Positions 1 through 16,294 of a stretch of 64,000 bases of DNA are shown one piece after another. Below the pieces are notes generated by a model that was given only the letters and a program-made list of their open reading frames with translations, was not told where the DNA came from and searched no databases. A program made the translations under genes and the position numbers. The stretch is from the human T2T-CHM13v2.0 reference genome, Homo sapiens: NCBI RefSeq assembly GCF_009914755.1, contig NC_060934.1, one strand, 5' to 3'. Every line of letters begins with the position of its first letter. The stretch's first letter is position 1.

Positions 1-440
1 TATGCTTCACCATACCTGTGTCTCCATGGCCTTCCCTGGTTCTGGGCCCAGGCAGGTGCTCTGCCCCCATCTGTGGATCCCAGGAACACATCAACCAAAG
101 CACAGAATACCCAGTGGGCTTGAGTTTATGCTTCATTTTAGTTGCCTGAGTTGAAGTGACTCCCATTAAATAGTGAAGATTGGAAGAAAAGACTTCTGTG
201 TTCCCATTTCAGTTCATCTTTACCTTTACAAAGTGGAAAACTTCTCCGATACCTGAGACCAGGAATGCCAATAATAGCAGTTCACAGCTTCTTCCTCCAA
301 AAAGTGCCCAAAGCGCACACTGTCCCCACAGGCCAAGGCTTTCTGCTGTAGTCCAAGCCGTACTTCAGAACCGGGAGGCTTTGGGCCCCACTTTTTTTAG
401 GTAATGTTCTGTGAGCATTCTAAACACAGCCTAGAGTAAA

Positions 441-550
441 AAATGTTGATTATCTTGATTGTGGATATGGTCTTATGGGTTTATGCACATATCGACATTT
501 ATGAAATTGTATTTCATGTCACTTAAACCTCAACAATGCTGTGAAAAAAG
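441..550 (+). mobile_element. old L1M (L1MC/ME-type) 3' end fragment
   Basis: aatgttgattatcttgattgtggat...ttatgggtttatgcacat...aaacctcaacaatgctg resembles the old L1M 3' UTR terminus. Confidence 0.55.
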
Positions 551-2620
551 ACGTTTAAGATATATTTTTGCCACTTCTGTATTTGGTGCTTCAGTTACAT
601 TAGCCAAGAAAATAAAATAATGAATGAAATCACGCTAAAAGTTAATCAAAATGAAAAATCAAATCTCTTGCCTTTATGAAACACAAACAATGGGAAAATG
701 GGTCACAGAGTCACATTCTTTTTGCTGCATTTTCCTATAACTCACACTACCGGGAGTAATTAAACTGGATTAGTGACATTTCATTTAAAGGGAGAACAAG
801 TCCCAGTATAAGCAAAATGCTAAAAATCAACTATCATATCATTCTGTTGTTCTAAGTAGTGTGGATATGCTGAATAATTGCTTGTTATTTGAGAATCCTT
901 CTGCTTCTTAGAAGATTTAACCTGCACCTTATGAACTGGAAGTGTTTAAAGCATTTGCTTTCACTGGGGATTGGCAGGCAATGGAGAATGTAGATACTGG
1001 GAATGGAGCAGGAATTTAGTGTAGCTCCTTCCCTACTGCCTCCCACTCCTAAGCCAGAAGAAATGTTTAGTCAGTGAATTTCAACTGTTGGCAGCAAGTC
1101 TGTACGTTAAGAAAGTGATTTGAAGTAAACCTTAATTATGCCCAGGGTTGTCCTCTCTTTACTCATGTGGCCTCTCCCCTCTTCCACCATCCAGGAGAAG
1201 GAATTCTCTTGCACCTTATCCAGGGAGGAAGACAAAAAGAAGGAGTCCCTGGGAAATCTTGGTGCTCAGTATCAGACAGATCACTCTTTAATTTTCCAAA
1301 AGAGAAATTACCCTGAAGGGATGCAATGACAGGAGAGGAGGTTAGAGGCTGAAGTCCCTTGGGGAAGAAAGCTATCAGGATTTAGATAGGAAGTCAGGGT
1401 CTAATCACCAGACCTAGATCCAAAAATGACCCAATCTTAGGAGGAAATTGGCAATAATATCAGAACCAAGTTAGAAGCACATTCTAAAGATAAAATCCAG
1501 GAAGATGCAAACCCATGCACAGAGTTTACTCTAGAAGGAGCCTCACATGACACAAGTCATTTAGAAGCAGAGAACACCCCCATTGGGCAGGTACTGCTAC
1601 TATCTTGTCTTTGACTCTTAGGGAAAAATCCAGGAGATAGAGCTTTGATATTCAATAGTTGGGTAGGGGAATGTAGGTTGCGATCACGAATTATTTTATG
1701 AGCATATTTGTAGAACTCAGACTCGGCCAGGAGAGCATGGGCTAAATTTCTTTTCTTTCCCCTAATTTTCATCTTTTTAAAATTCAAAATAGAAGAGGTT
1801 TACATTAAGGGTTTTCTCTCTTAACTTGTGGTATTTAATTTTGTTTATATAGATGTAGAAAGACAGCAGTCTGAAAAGACCCAAAAGATAGTCTTAACAT
1901 TTTTGGAATACAATATATTTCTTTCTGGACTCAGAATACAATTTTAATATAACAGCCTGTAATGAGGACAGAATCCATTAGTTAAATAAATAAACCATTA
2001 GAATGATAGCAAAAGTGCCAGTTTAGGTAAACTTACTTTGAGGCAGATGGTGGCTGATTCTTGGACAAAAGATAGAGAATAAAATTACCAACACAGCCCT
2101 GAAGCTAAGAAAACTCAGGACAAATTTGGAGCAATTCAGCAGCTTCATTATACGATAATGTTTCATATTCTTAATTAGTACCCTTTCCATTTCCCACAAA
2201 AGAAAAACAAAGTTCATTCTGCTCAGAAATGGTCTCAATTTAGTATTCATTAGTTTATAAGCTAAAATTGAGCATTGTGGTTTTCTCTGGTAAATTCAAA
2301 AGTTTATCAGTTTGCTTATTATTTGCTTAAATAGGTTTCTTACTGATTTTTTACTTTAAAAAATTGATGTTAAATTAGAAAATATTTTTATAGTATTACT
2401 CAGAACAATATGTTGAGATTTTGTTTGAAAAGTTTACCCCACAGATTGTAATTGTTTGAAGTTCATTCCTGAAAATCAAAATGTTCTGGGATTTAAGTAA
2501 AATTAACCTTTCTTAATGGGCTATTATTGAAACACAATCGTGGTTTATTTTCAAAGCTCACACTTGTTTCAAATGGGGCTTTCTCATTTGCATCAGATTT
2601 CTGAGTTCTTCCTGCAGTCC

Positions 2621-2905
2621 TTTTTTTTTTTTTTTGAGGAGTCGTCTCAGTCTGGAGTGCAGTGCCATGATCTCAACTCGCTGCAACCTCTGCCTCCCGG
2701 GTTCAAGTGATTCTTCTGCCTCAGCCTCCCAGATAGCTGCGATTACAAGTGCCAGCCACCATGCTTGGCTAATTTTTGTATTTTTAGTAAAGACAGGCTT
2801 TCACTATGTTGGTCAGCCTGGTCTCGAACTCCTGACCTCAAGTGAACTGCCTGCCTTGACCTCCCTAAGTGCTGGGATTAGAGGCGTGAGCCACCACACC
2901 CAGCC
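2621..2905 (-). mobile_element. AluS (AluSx-like)
   Basis: Poly-T, then antisense Alu dimer (ctggagtgcagtg...ctcctgacctcaagtga...gtgagccacc); small deletion next to the tail. Confidence 0.95.
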
Positions 2906-3097
2906 AGGTCCTTATGATTTATACAGACATAAAGCAGAAGGAAACAATTTGCCTGAAAGAAAGCTGAGTGGGATTCATTTATATACTGAGGCTCTCATTC
3001 TCAAAATAATTATGTGCCATTTGTATACTTCTACATGGTTTATAGTAAAATGGAAAAAAGATGCAGTCATCCAGTACATATAGAAAACCCTTTTATT

Positions 3098-3349
3098 GAA
3101 ACCCTACAAGCCAGAAGAGAGTGGGGGCCAATATTCAACATTCTTAAAGAAAAGAATTTTCAACCCAGAATTTCATATCCAGCCAAACTAAGCTTCATAA
3201 GTGAAGGAGAAATAAAATCCTTTACAGACAAGCAAATGTTGAGAGATTTTGTCACCACCAGGCCTGCCCTAAAAGAGCTCCTGAAGGAAGCGCTAAACAT
3301 GGAAAGGAACAACCGGTACCAGCCGCTGCAAAATCATGCCAAAATGTAA
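3098..3349 (+). pseudogene. L1 ORF1p C-terminal fragment (no start; 5'-truncated)
   Basis: ETLQARREWGPIFNILKEKNFQPRISYPAKLSF...RYQPLQNHAKM is the L1 ORF1p C-terminus. Confidence 0.95.
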
Positions 3350-3385
3350 AGACCATCGAGACTAGGAAGAAACTGCATCAACTAA

Positions 3386-7240
<3,855 letters not shown>

Positions 7241-7502
7241 GCAATGAGATCACATGGACACAGGAAGGGGAATATCACACTCTGGGGACTGTGGTGGGGT
7301 GGGGGGAGGGGGGAGGGATAGCATTGGGAGATATACCTAATGCTAGATGACGAGTTAGTGGGTGCAGCGCACCAGCATGGCACATGTATACATATGTAAC
7401 TAACCTGCACAATGTGCACATGTACCCTAAAACTTAAAGTACAATAAAAAAAAAAACCCTAACAGAAAACCCTTTCATTAAAAAGTGCTGTTGGTAGTAC
7501 AA

Positions 7503-8013
7503 TGTGGTAGGCAGAATAGCCCCCCAAAATTGTGTCCTAATCCTTGAAATCTCTAAATAGGTGACATGACAAAGAAGAATTTAAGTTGCAGTGGGGTTGA
7601 GGTTGCTCACTGGCTGACACTGAGTTGAGGGGATTATTCTGGTCCAATACAGTCACAAGGGTACTTGTAAATAGAAGAGGACGGTGGATGAGTTGGAGTC
7701 AGAGGGAGATTTGAGGATGCCACGTGGCTGGCTCTGAAGTTGCAGGAAAGGGCCATATGCCAAGGGATGCAGATTTCTTCTAAAAGGTGGGAAAGGCAAG
7801 GAAAGATTCTCTTCTAGAGCCTCCATAAGGAACACAATCCTGCTGACAACTTGACTTTAGCTCATTGGGACCTAATCGAAAACTATAAAATAGTTTAAAT
7901 ATAAAATATAGGATAGTTTTAAATAAGACACTTTTCAATTGGTTCTCAATGAGCTAAAATCAAGCCCAGTAAGTTTGTGGTAATTTGTTACAACAGCAAT
8001 CAGAAATTAATAC
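7503..8013 (+). mobile_element. MLT1 (MLT1D-like) MaLR LTR
   Basis: Starts tgtggtaggcagaata; internal ggaaaggcaaggaaagattctcttctagagcctcc; ends aagtttgtggtaatttgttacaacagcaat...taatac. Confidence 0.85.
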
Positions 8014-8059
8014 TGATAATATATGGTAGCATCTTGAGATGCCCAGCAAACCTGCTAAT

Positions 8060-8200
8060 ATTGTTCATTCAAACCTTTTCTTCCATCTTCAGCAGTCATA
8101 TTCTGAGTTCCTGCTATGAGCCAGGCAGGGTTACAAAGAGGACAGAAAACATTGTCCCTGTCTCCCAGGAAGTTTACAGTCTCACATGGAAAACAAACTC
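8060..8200 (-). mobile_element. L2 3' end fragment
   Basis: ttcattcaa...ctgagttcctgctatgagccaggca...gtccctgtctcccaggaagtttacagtct. Confidence 0.55.
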
Positions 8201-8238
8201 ATAAACACATAGATACAACCATGTGAAATAACTATTTT

Positions 8239-8377
8239 CTTTATTTTATTTGTATTTTTAAATTAGAGACAAGATCTATTTTGCCCAGGTTGGTCTTGAA
8301 TTCCTGATCTCAAGCAATCTTCCTGCCTTGGCCTCCCAAAGTGCTGGGATTACAGGCATGAGCCGCCACACCTGGCC
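8239..8377 (-). mobile_element. FLAM / free left Alu monomer
   Basis: Single antisense monomer with perfect 15-bp TSD tgaaataactatttt (8224-8238, 8378-8392). Confidence 0.92.
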
Positions 8378-9463
8378 TGAAATAACTATTTTGTGAATGA
8401 CATTTAACACACCTCCAAAGAGTAAGCGCCTATGTAACAACATGGGCTTCCAAAATGAAAACAAATCATTTAGCCTTTTGCTCCACAATTTATCTGAATA
8501 AATAAAGAATAATACATTTCACCAAGTGCAATTTCAGAAATAAAGACGATGCCCTTGAATGATGTGCCCAGTTATTGCTAATCAGGCCTTTAGATCTAGG
8601 ACCAACTTTGCAGGCAAAAAGTGGAGCAGAAGATTCATCACAGGTGACCTTTGGGCCAAGCAAGGATCCCCAGGGCCTTAGTTGGTGCTTTGTGGCAAGG
8701 TTTCTGTTTGTTTTGTTACCAGGGATCACTTCCTTCTCCTCATAAGTTATTTTAGCTGTAGGTGAAACTGTAAAGAAAGCTAGCTTGCCCCACATTTTTA
8801 CCCGTTTCAAAAACCTTCTTGGTAATCTAACCTTCTTGCTTACCCACAAATTCTCTTTACTGCAGTTGTACCCCTGTGGTAAAGTTATCTGAATGTAATC
8901 GATACTCATGTTACTGATTTGATATGTCACACCTTCAAAGCATACTAAAAGTGACCAATACGGAATTCATGCCAAAGGAATTAATTACTGCAGCTAAAAT
9001 AACAAGCACTGTGATCAAAGGGGGAAGGGAAGAGCTAGGTACAAATTTTATGTGGTTGAATCAAACCACATAGGGAACCTCATCAGGTAATCCTGAGGCT
9101 AGCCATTCCAGCTAGATCTAGAAGAAGACTGTAGAACAAGAGCAATATTGAAATATGTTTCCATAAAATGAAATATTATGTATTTCGAAAGTTAAAAATA
9201 CTGATTATAGGCTAATCATAACAATCTAATTCTAAAACTGGGGAAAAAAACAAACTGGAAGCTGATGCACATTCAGAAAATAATCATATGTCTTAGGAGA
9301 ATTAACTGCTTTATGATGTGAACAATTTGAAATACTATGCACTCTTCTTAGAAAAACAACAAAGCCTTGTGGTCAAGTTTAGAAGAATTGTCTTCAACAT
9401 CAATTAACACAATTTTTTCCCTGTTTCTTTTTTGCAAACTGGTTCAGAAATTATACTTGTCAA

Positions 9464-9464
<1 letters not shown>

Positions 9465-9502
<38 letters not shown>

Positions 9503-9783
9503 TTACCAGAGTCACATTGGGTTGCCCAGGCTGGAGTGCAGTGGCATGATCTTGGTTCACTGCAACCTCTGCCTCCTGGGTTCAAGCGATTATCGTGCCT
9601 CAGTCTCCAAGTAGGTGGGATTACAGGTGCCCATGACCACGCCTGGCAAATTTTTGTATTTTTAGTAGAGATGGGGTTTCTTCTTGTTGGCCAGGCTGGT
9701 CTCAAACTCCTGACCTCAAGTGATCCGTCCGCCTCGGCCTCTTAAAGTGCTGAGATTACAGGTGTAAGCCACTGCACCCAGAC
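9465..9783 (-). mobile_element. AluSx-like with (TTA)n tail
   Basis: (TTA)n at 9465-9502, then antisense Alu dimer. Confidence 0.95.
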
Positions 9784-10721
9784 AAATTACTCTTAACTGC
9801 ATGATTGATATAGCTGAAAATGTGGTCTTTGATAATTATAATAATGTACCTAATAGTTTTTTTAAATGGTTTTCTCCCTTCAGTTATGCAGTGCCCTTAG
9901 AAATAATCTTCTATATGGAAGGCAAATGATTTGCTTCTCAGAGAACTGAATAAATGACTTGATAAATATTTCACCGAGTGTTTGTAAATATTATATTAGT
10001 CCATCACTAATTCTTTGATACATACATTGACTCCCAGGGAGTCTTTGCTTTCTGATAGAATTTGTTTTCATAAAATAAATGGAAACAATAACTATATCAT
10101 GATATTATATCAACAAATACTGAAAGGCTTAAAGAATAAAGGTTTATATTTAAACTATAGAGTTACCAGCATGAAAACGTCCTTTCTAATCTAAAAGTCC
10201 AGGAGACAATAGTAGGAATATGAACAATGACTAGATATTCTTCCTTTTACTTTAAAGAAAAAGGAATGAAATGAAACACAGTTCACACCATTTTTCAATT
10301 GTTCTAACTTAGTCTTCAGAAGTTCGGAACAGCAACCATTGTCATGAAAATCTTGTGAAAGGAAAAATCACTCCAAGGAAAAAAGTGGTTATATAGCCTT
10401 TCTACACTGAGAACAAAAAGGGGAAGGGCTAAGGAAGTAAAAGGAACCAAGATGTTTTTGTTAGATAAATAAGGGATATGGATGTGAAGGCATTGACCCT
10501 TTAAACATATTTTGCTCTTTTTTTTTTTTTTTCTTTTTTTTGCCAAAAAAGTCACACATTTATTTTTGGTAAAAGTCACATGGTAAAATCTTTCTTTATG
10601 AAAAGAGGAAAATATGTGATAGTTATTATAGATTATGCACCTTAAATTCAATACCTGATAGAATGGGAAGGGCAGATGTCATTAAACACTAGGGACAAAT
10701 AATTGGAAAACAAAAATGCTC

Positions 10722-11207
10722 TGTGGGTGGGAATACAGCAACCCAATTTTCTTCTCTGCTAGGCTGTGTAGGAAAAAAAAGCCTTTTACAAGAGACAAAA
10801 AAAAAAAAAAAAAAAGAGGCATAATCGATTTTCCTTACCCCTGGATTGTGAATTTGGCTTGTGACTTGCTTTGGGTAATAGATGGAGGCAGAAGTGAAGG
10901 GGGGCCAGTTCTTGATTTCTGCTTCCAACACCATGAGAAAGACAAGCGTGAGTGAGCCCACCAGCCCCAGGAGGAATGAGAGACACATGGGGTTGAGCTG
11001 CCCACCAAGCCTGCCCCAGAGCAGAACTGTTAGCCAATCCCCAGACCACAGGAAGGAGCCCAGCCACAATCAGCTATGCCCAGTGGAGGTAAACCAAGCC
11101 CCACTGGACCAGCTGATCTCCAGTCAACCCACAAATGTGTAAGTTCTAATAAATAATTGTTCAAGCCAGTAAGCATTGGAGTTTGTTATGCAGTAATACT
11201 TAATACA
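10722..11207 (+). mobile_element. MLT1H/I/J-like MaLR LTR
   Basis: gtgacttgctttgg...ggcagaagtga...ccatgagaa...aatgagagacacatgg...aataaataattgttcaagcc...gtttgttatgcagtaat...taataca. Confidence 0.75.
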
Positions 11208-12449
11208 TGATCCCTAGACATTACACCTTCTGTTTTTCACCACTAGGCTAAATTAACTGGTCTATATTATAAAAACTAGATTTCATTCCATCCTATTTTT
11301 GCTACCAGCATCTGTGGGGAAAGTATTTCAGTAATTTATTGTCATGCCTGTTCTGCCTCAGGTAGCAATAGGGCTTGCGATTATGAAAACTTAGAAAATA
11401 AATGATTTGTGCAGCTATTAAATTCCAAGATCCGAAATCTACTCACATTGGCTTCTAGAATATAAAAATCCTCCAAATCACAGGCTTTGATAAAAAAGGA
11501 AGTCAATCTATGAATACTCAAAATCTCTTTATAAGTTTGCTATTCTCTTTTAAACATTCCAAAGTTATTTATTTTGCATAAAATAGCTACATTGTTAAGG
11601 TAATTTGAATGTAGAAAGCTTTAAGAAAATTAAATAGGTAGATGGCATCATATTTGATAGAAGAGGGGATTATATTGCTAATTTGTATAATGAAAATTGC
11701 AAGGACCAATTTTTCATGAGGTTACACAGCTGGTATTACTTTCCCTTTAACTATCAAATACGTAAGAAGTTCATTTTATAGTGACTCTTCATCAATAGCT
11801 CATTGTAAATTTCCTAAAAATCAATTTTCCTCCTTCAGGACAAGAGATTTATATAGTAAAAATATCAAGGCAACCTATCTCCTATCCATGTAATTAAGAG
11901 CTCAAAAAAAGCACTTAAGAAATCAAAGAAAACCTATCTGAAAAGTACCAGAGGGAAACACTTCTCTATATGTCAAACCTGTTGACACAAATCAAAACAA
12001 CAACTTTTTACAGGAGACTAAAAATATATACACCATTAATACACAATATGATGTAAACCAGTCAAATATTTCTTTAAAATTCATTTCTGAAGAATAAATT
12101 AGTCTGCTTCAATCTTTATTTACCTTTGACTTTATAAAGTTTTCAATTCTTGGTTCTTGGCATCTAAATATTGCTACTTAATAGAGGCCAAAAGAACTGC
12201 TGTGTATGCCATTCAAGTTCTGACAGATTTCCAATGAGCCTCTATATTTTGGACGGGAAAACACATCACCATAAGCATGCCTTGTATTTCCTATTTTTTT
12301 CATATACATCATAGTGAAGGCAGTAGTGCTTTAGTCATATAATTTCGGTCAAATCCTTTGAGGGGAAGGGTTTGCTTTTCCATAAAGCACATCTGGGAAG
12401 ACAGTGTTGATCACAATCAACATGCTTCATGGTTATTAAATTAACTTAT

Positions 12450-12557
12450 CCACCCATTCTTGTGACAAATATTTATTGAGGACATTTCTGTGCCAGAAAC
12501 TTTTTTAGGATCTGGGAGACCTAACAGTGACCAAAACAAAGTCTTTGCTTTTATGGA
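12450..12557 (-). mobile_element. L2 3' end fragment
   Basis: acaaatatttattgaggac...tgtgccagaaac...ctgggagac...acagtgaccaaaacaaagtc. Confidence 0.7.
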
Positions 12558-12561
12558 CAGA

Positions 12562-12564
<3 letters not shown>

Positions 12565-12601
<37 letters not shown>
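12565..12601. repeat. (CA)n microsatellite
   Basis: Uninterrupted CA run. Confidence 0.97.
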
Positions 12602-12605
<4 letters not shown>

Positions 12606-13164
12606 CCTGATATTATCGCTATATGGGGTATGAAGAAAAATAAAATAAGAGAGACAGTCACTTATTCCCTTCAAACAACTCAAAGGATCTCAGCACATTG
12701 ACTAATTCTCTCAGCATGCCATTTGAAACAAGGACGCTAAAAACTTAGGATGTACAAACAGAGCTGACTTTGCTACATGAATAAATGGCAAAGAGAAAAG
12801 CAATTTCAGGATACAAAAGTATGCAGACCCCATCCATTGACATCTAGTTTTTTAGTGCCACTGATTCTATCAACTGGAGTTAGAAATGAATGTTTCTAGG
12901 CAATTGGGGAATGAAGGAAGAATATGAAGGCATGGCCTCTGTTCAGGGACCTGTGTGAGGTGATGGGAGGAGAGGTTTTGAAAATGAGAATTGTTCAGCT
13001 GTGTTTCATTACTCTTCTCTTCCTTTAGCATGTTTTTATATTCAAGAAGAGCCTTCTAAACAAAAAAATAAATAAAAGAAACAGCTTTTTCCAGTGACTC
13101 TCGCACTGAAGTTTAGATGAAATCAAGCCTTTTGGTGCAGGCCCTTGTTTTAAAATCACACTTA

Positions 13165-13470
13165 GGCCGGGTGCGGTGGCTCACGCCTGTAATATCAGCA
13201 CTTTGGGAGACCGAGTCGGGTGGATCCCGAGGTCAGCAGATCGAGACCATCCTGGCCAACACGGTGAAACCCCGTCTCTACTAAAAATACAAAAAGAAAT
13301 TAGCCAGGCATGGTGGCAGGCGCCTGTAGTCCCAGCTACTCGGAAGGCTGAGGCAGGAGAATGCGTGAACCCGGGTGGCAGAGCTTGCAGTGAGCCGAGA
13401 TCGTGCCACTGCACTCCAGCCTGGGTGACAGAGCTAGACTCCATCTCAAAAAAAAAAAAAAAAAAAAAAA
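13165..13470 (+). mobile_element. AluY/AluSc8-like
   Basis: gatcgagaccatcctgg, gcgtgaacc and gagcttgcag diagnostics; TSD aaaatcacactta at a TT/AAAA site. Confidence 0.96.
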
Positions 13471-13839
13471 TCACACTTAAACACTTCAAGGTGAAGAATA
13501 ACCTTAGCACAGATTCCTTCCGGGAAATTGGAGCTGTTGCTGCCTTGGTAGTCAACAAAAAGCAACTGCAAAGGTTGCTGACGTGGACTACGCCTGGTCC
13601 CTGGGTGCTAGCATATGATTGTACCCCATGATGCAACTGACAGCCACAAAGGTGCAGGAAACCAGCCCTCAGGCGGGTTGGCCTCCTGATACCCCTGCAC
13701 CCAGCTACTGTCACCAACCAGCAGCCATTCTGCTTCCATCTCCACTTCTCTAGGCAAATGTTCAAGCCCCAAGAAGCATGGCATTGACTCAACAAACTTG
13801 AGAACACCATTGAAAATTGTTCGTATGCTATTATGTTAT

Positions 13840-13955
13840 TAGGAAAATGATAGCATTTACTTTATAAGGTTATTAAAAGCGTTCAATGAGCCAGTATTTG
13901 TAAAGCTACTAAAACAGTGCCTGGTACATACTAAGTGCTAATGGACTTGCTAAGC
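13840..13955 (+). mobile_element. MIR 3' fragment
   Basis: aatgatagcatttac...aatgag...tgtaaagc...aacagtgcctggtacatactaagtgc. Confidence 0.7.
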
Positions 13956-14145
13956 AATGTACTTAATGAAATAAATCTGTAGTAATAGTTGGCTTTCTTT
14001 GGAAATTAAGTGAAAAATGAGCTGTGATACTTTCACTTAGTTTCTCCCTTGGATACGATAGATACCTTGTAGGGCACCTTCATAGCACAAGGGCTCTGTT
14101 TTATTAATGCACCTACATCTACCCAGCTCCCATTTCCACCTAGCG

Positions 14146-14717
14146 CAGTGGTTGCCAGAAAGGAATCCATGCACCTTAGGGAGTGCACAAGACAATCCAC
14201 TAAGCTGGGTGGAGAAAATATTAAAACTTCTATTGATACCTATTTTTAAACCTAAAAATAAGATTGAAATCGTGCTTTTCTAATTTTGCACAAAACGACA
14301 GGAGCACATGGGTATCAGTTTTATTTTATTTATTTTTTGAGGCATGGTCTTGCTCTGTCACCCAAACTGGAGTGCAGTAGTGTGATCATGGCTCACTGCA
14401 GTCTTGACCTCCTGGACTCAAGCGATCCTCACACCTCAGCCTCCTGAGTAGCTGGGACTACAGGCACATGCCACCACACCCGGCTAGTTTTTGTATTTCT
14501 TGTAGAGACAGGATTTTGCCATGTTGGCCAGGCTGGTCTTGAACTCCTGACCTCAAAGCCATCCTCCTGCCTTGGCCTCCCAAAGTGCTGAAATTACAGG
14601 TATGAGCCACCACACCCAGACTGGGTATAAATTGTAGATAAATATATACTTATTGGCAAAATTTGATCAAAATGTTTTACTGATGGGGTGTGATTTTTAA
14701 AAGTTTGGAGACCAGTG
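14146..14717. mobile_element. hAT-Charlie MITE (MER112/113-like), interrupted by an Alu
   Basis: Termini cagtggttgcc... and ...aagtttggagaccagtg; internal gagtgcacaagacaatccact and ttactgatggggtg. Confidence 0.6.
14319..14621 (-). mobile_element. AluJ-like
   Basis: gcagtcttgacctcctggactcaagcgatcctc (AluJ-type right arm); flanking tgggtat repeat. Confidence 0.93.
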
Positions 14718-14995
14718 AAATGGATGATTTCTTCCTGTCTTGAAATTGAATGCTTTGGCAACAGAACTGTTTCTAGTTGAACAAAAAATAACTTTCCATT
14801 GGACTGATGACTATCTGGCAGAAGCCTGCCTGCGTCTCTGTGAGTGGATTACAACTGACTTGTGCCACCAAAGGTAGAAGGCTTGAATCTTACCGAGCAG
14901 AAACCTCTCAAGAGACAGACCCTCTATATGTTCTTCCCCATTTCCAGTCTCATGAGAGAATACATATGTACATTTTTATTTAAAAGCACAAAATA

Positions 14996-15190
14996 CAGTG
15001 CAAGCTTTCATAACATGGGGCTCATGGTTCTCTGGAGGATTCAGGGGTGGATGCAGGAGATGTGTGGGCTTCTTGAAATCACATAACACATTTTATAAGG
15101 CTGGATATTTATGCATTTTACTAGGGAGTGAACTCAAAGCTTTAACATGATTTTCCAAGAGCAAGTGACTCTCCAAAAATTAGTGGCTGG
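14996..15190. mobile_element. MER103-like hAT-Charlie MITE
   Basis: atgcattttactagggag...agctttaacatgattttccaag...gtgactctccaaaaattag resembles MER103. Confidence 0.55.
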
Positions 15191-15207
15191 TATAACTTTT
15201 TAAAGTA

Positions 15208-15652
15208 CAGTTAACCCTTCAACAACACAGGGTTTAGGGGTGCAGATCCCCAACACAATCGAAAACTTGTGTATATGTTTTGACTTCCCAAAACTTAACT
15301 ACTATTTAGCTACTGTTGACCAGAAACTTTACCATAACATAAACAGTTGATTAACATATATCTTGTATGATATATATATGATATACTACATTCTTACAAT
15401 AAAGCAAGCTAGAAAAAAGAAAATGTTAAGAAAATCATTTTAAAAAAGTATGTTTACTATTAATTAAGTGGAAGTGGATTATCAAAGGTCTTCACCCTAC
15501 TGTCTTCATGTTGAGTAGACTGAGGAGGAGGAGGAGGAGGAAGAGGAGGTGTTGGTCTTGGTCTTGCTGTTTCAGGGGTGGCAGACGCAGAAGAAAAGTC
15601 ACATGTAAGTGGACCCATGCAGTTCAAACCTGTCTTGCTCACAAGTCAATTG
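15208..15652. mobile_element. Tigger2a (MER28) MITE
   Basis: TA-flanked TIRs cagttaacccttcaacaacac...cacaagtcaattg; internal aaaacttaactact and gaggaggaggaagagg. Confidence 0.88.
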
Positions 15653-15688
15653 TACTGAAAGTCTATCTTAAGGTATGTATTTAAATGC

Positions 15689-16123
15689 TAATATGGTTTG
15701 GACTTGTGTTCCCACCCCAATCTCATGTTGAATTGCAATCCTCAGTGTTGGAGGAGGGGCCTGGTGGGAGGTGACTGGATCTTGACTGCAGACTTCCCCC
15801 TTGCTGTTCTCTTGAACAGCAAGTGAGTGAGTGAGTTCTCTTGAACAGCAAGTGAGAACAGTGAGTGAGTTCTCATGAGTTATGGCTGTTTAAAAGTGTG
15901 TAGCACATCCCCCTTCACTCTCTCTTTCTCATGCTCTGGCCATGTAAGACGTGCCTGCTTCCCCTTCCACTTCCGCCATGATTGTATAAGTTTCCTGAGG
16001 TCTCCCCAGCCATGCTTCCTTTACAGCCTGCAGAACCGTGAGTCAATTAAACCTCTTTTTCTTTTTATAAATTACCTAGTCTCAAGTAGCTCTTTTATAG
16101 CAGTGCAAGAATGGACTAATGCA
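15689..16123 (+). mobile_element. MSTA/MSTB solo LTR
   Basis: atatggtttggac...aatctcatgttgaattg...gaatggactaatgca; 5-bp TSD aatgc on both sides. Confidence 0.92.
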
Positions 16124-16294
16124 AATGCCTACTTTCAACAAACACAATTTACACATTACAACAAACACATTAATTGTTTTTAAAGAATTAAAGCACTTCA
16201 ACCAGGTCATTGTGGGCAGAAAGAGTTCAGAATATTGTTCAAGAAATTGGCACACAAGTCAGGAACAAAGAAAACCCCAACTTATGCTTCCTTT

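Noticed and set aside
2634-3083. 149-aa ORF, and similar ORFs at 13176-13810, 29776-30215, 39056-39367 and 41844-42111
   Set aside because: Translations of Alu sequence (LECSG..., PASASQ..., [12 protein letters not shown]); not genes.
3014-3349. 111-aa ORF as a novel fusion protein
   Set aside because: Flanking DNA happens to run in frame into the truncated L1 ORF1; no promoter or splice evidence.
7455-7463. aaccctaac as captured telomeric repeat in the L1 tail
   Set aside because: Only about one unit, and explained more simply as a partial copy of the TSD (aaaaccct).
8490-8930. 146-aa minus-strand ORF in unique DNA
   Set aside because: Non-ATG start, no recognisable domain, no convincing splice boundaries; plausible by chance in 64 kb.
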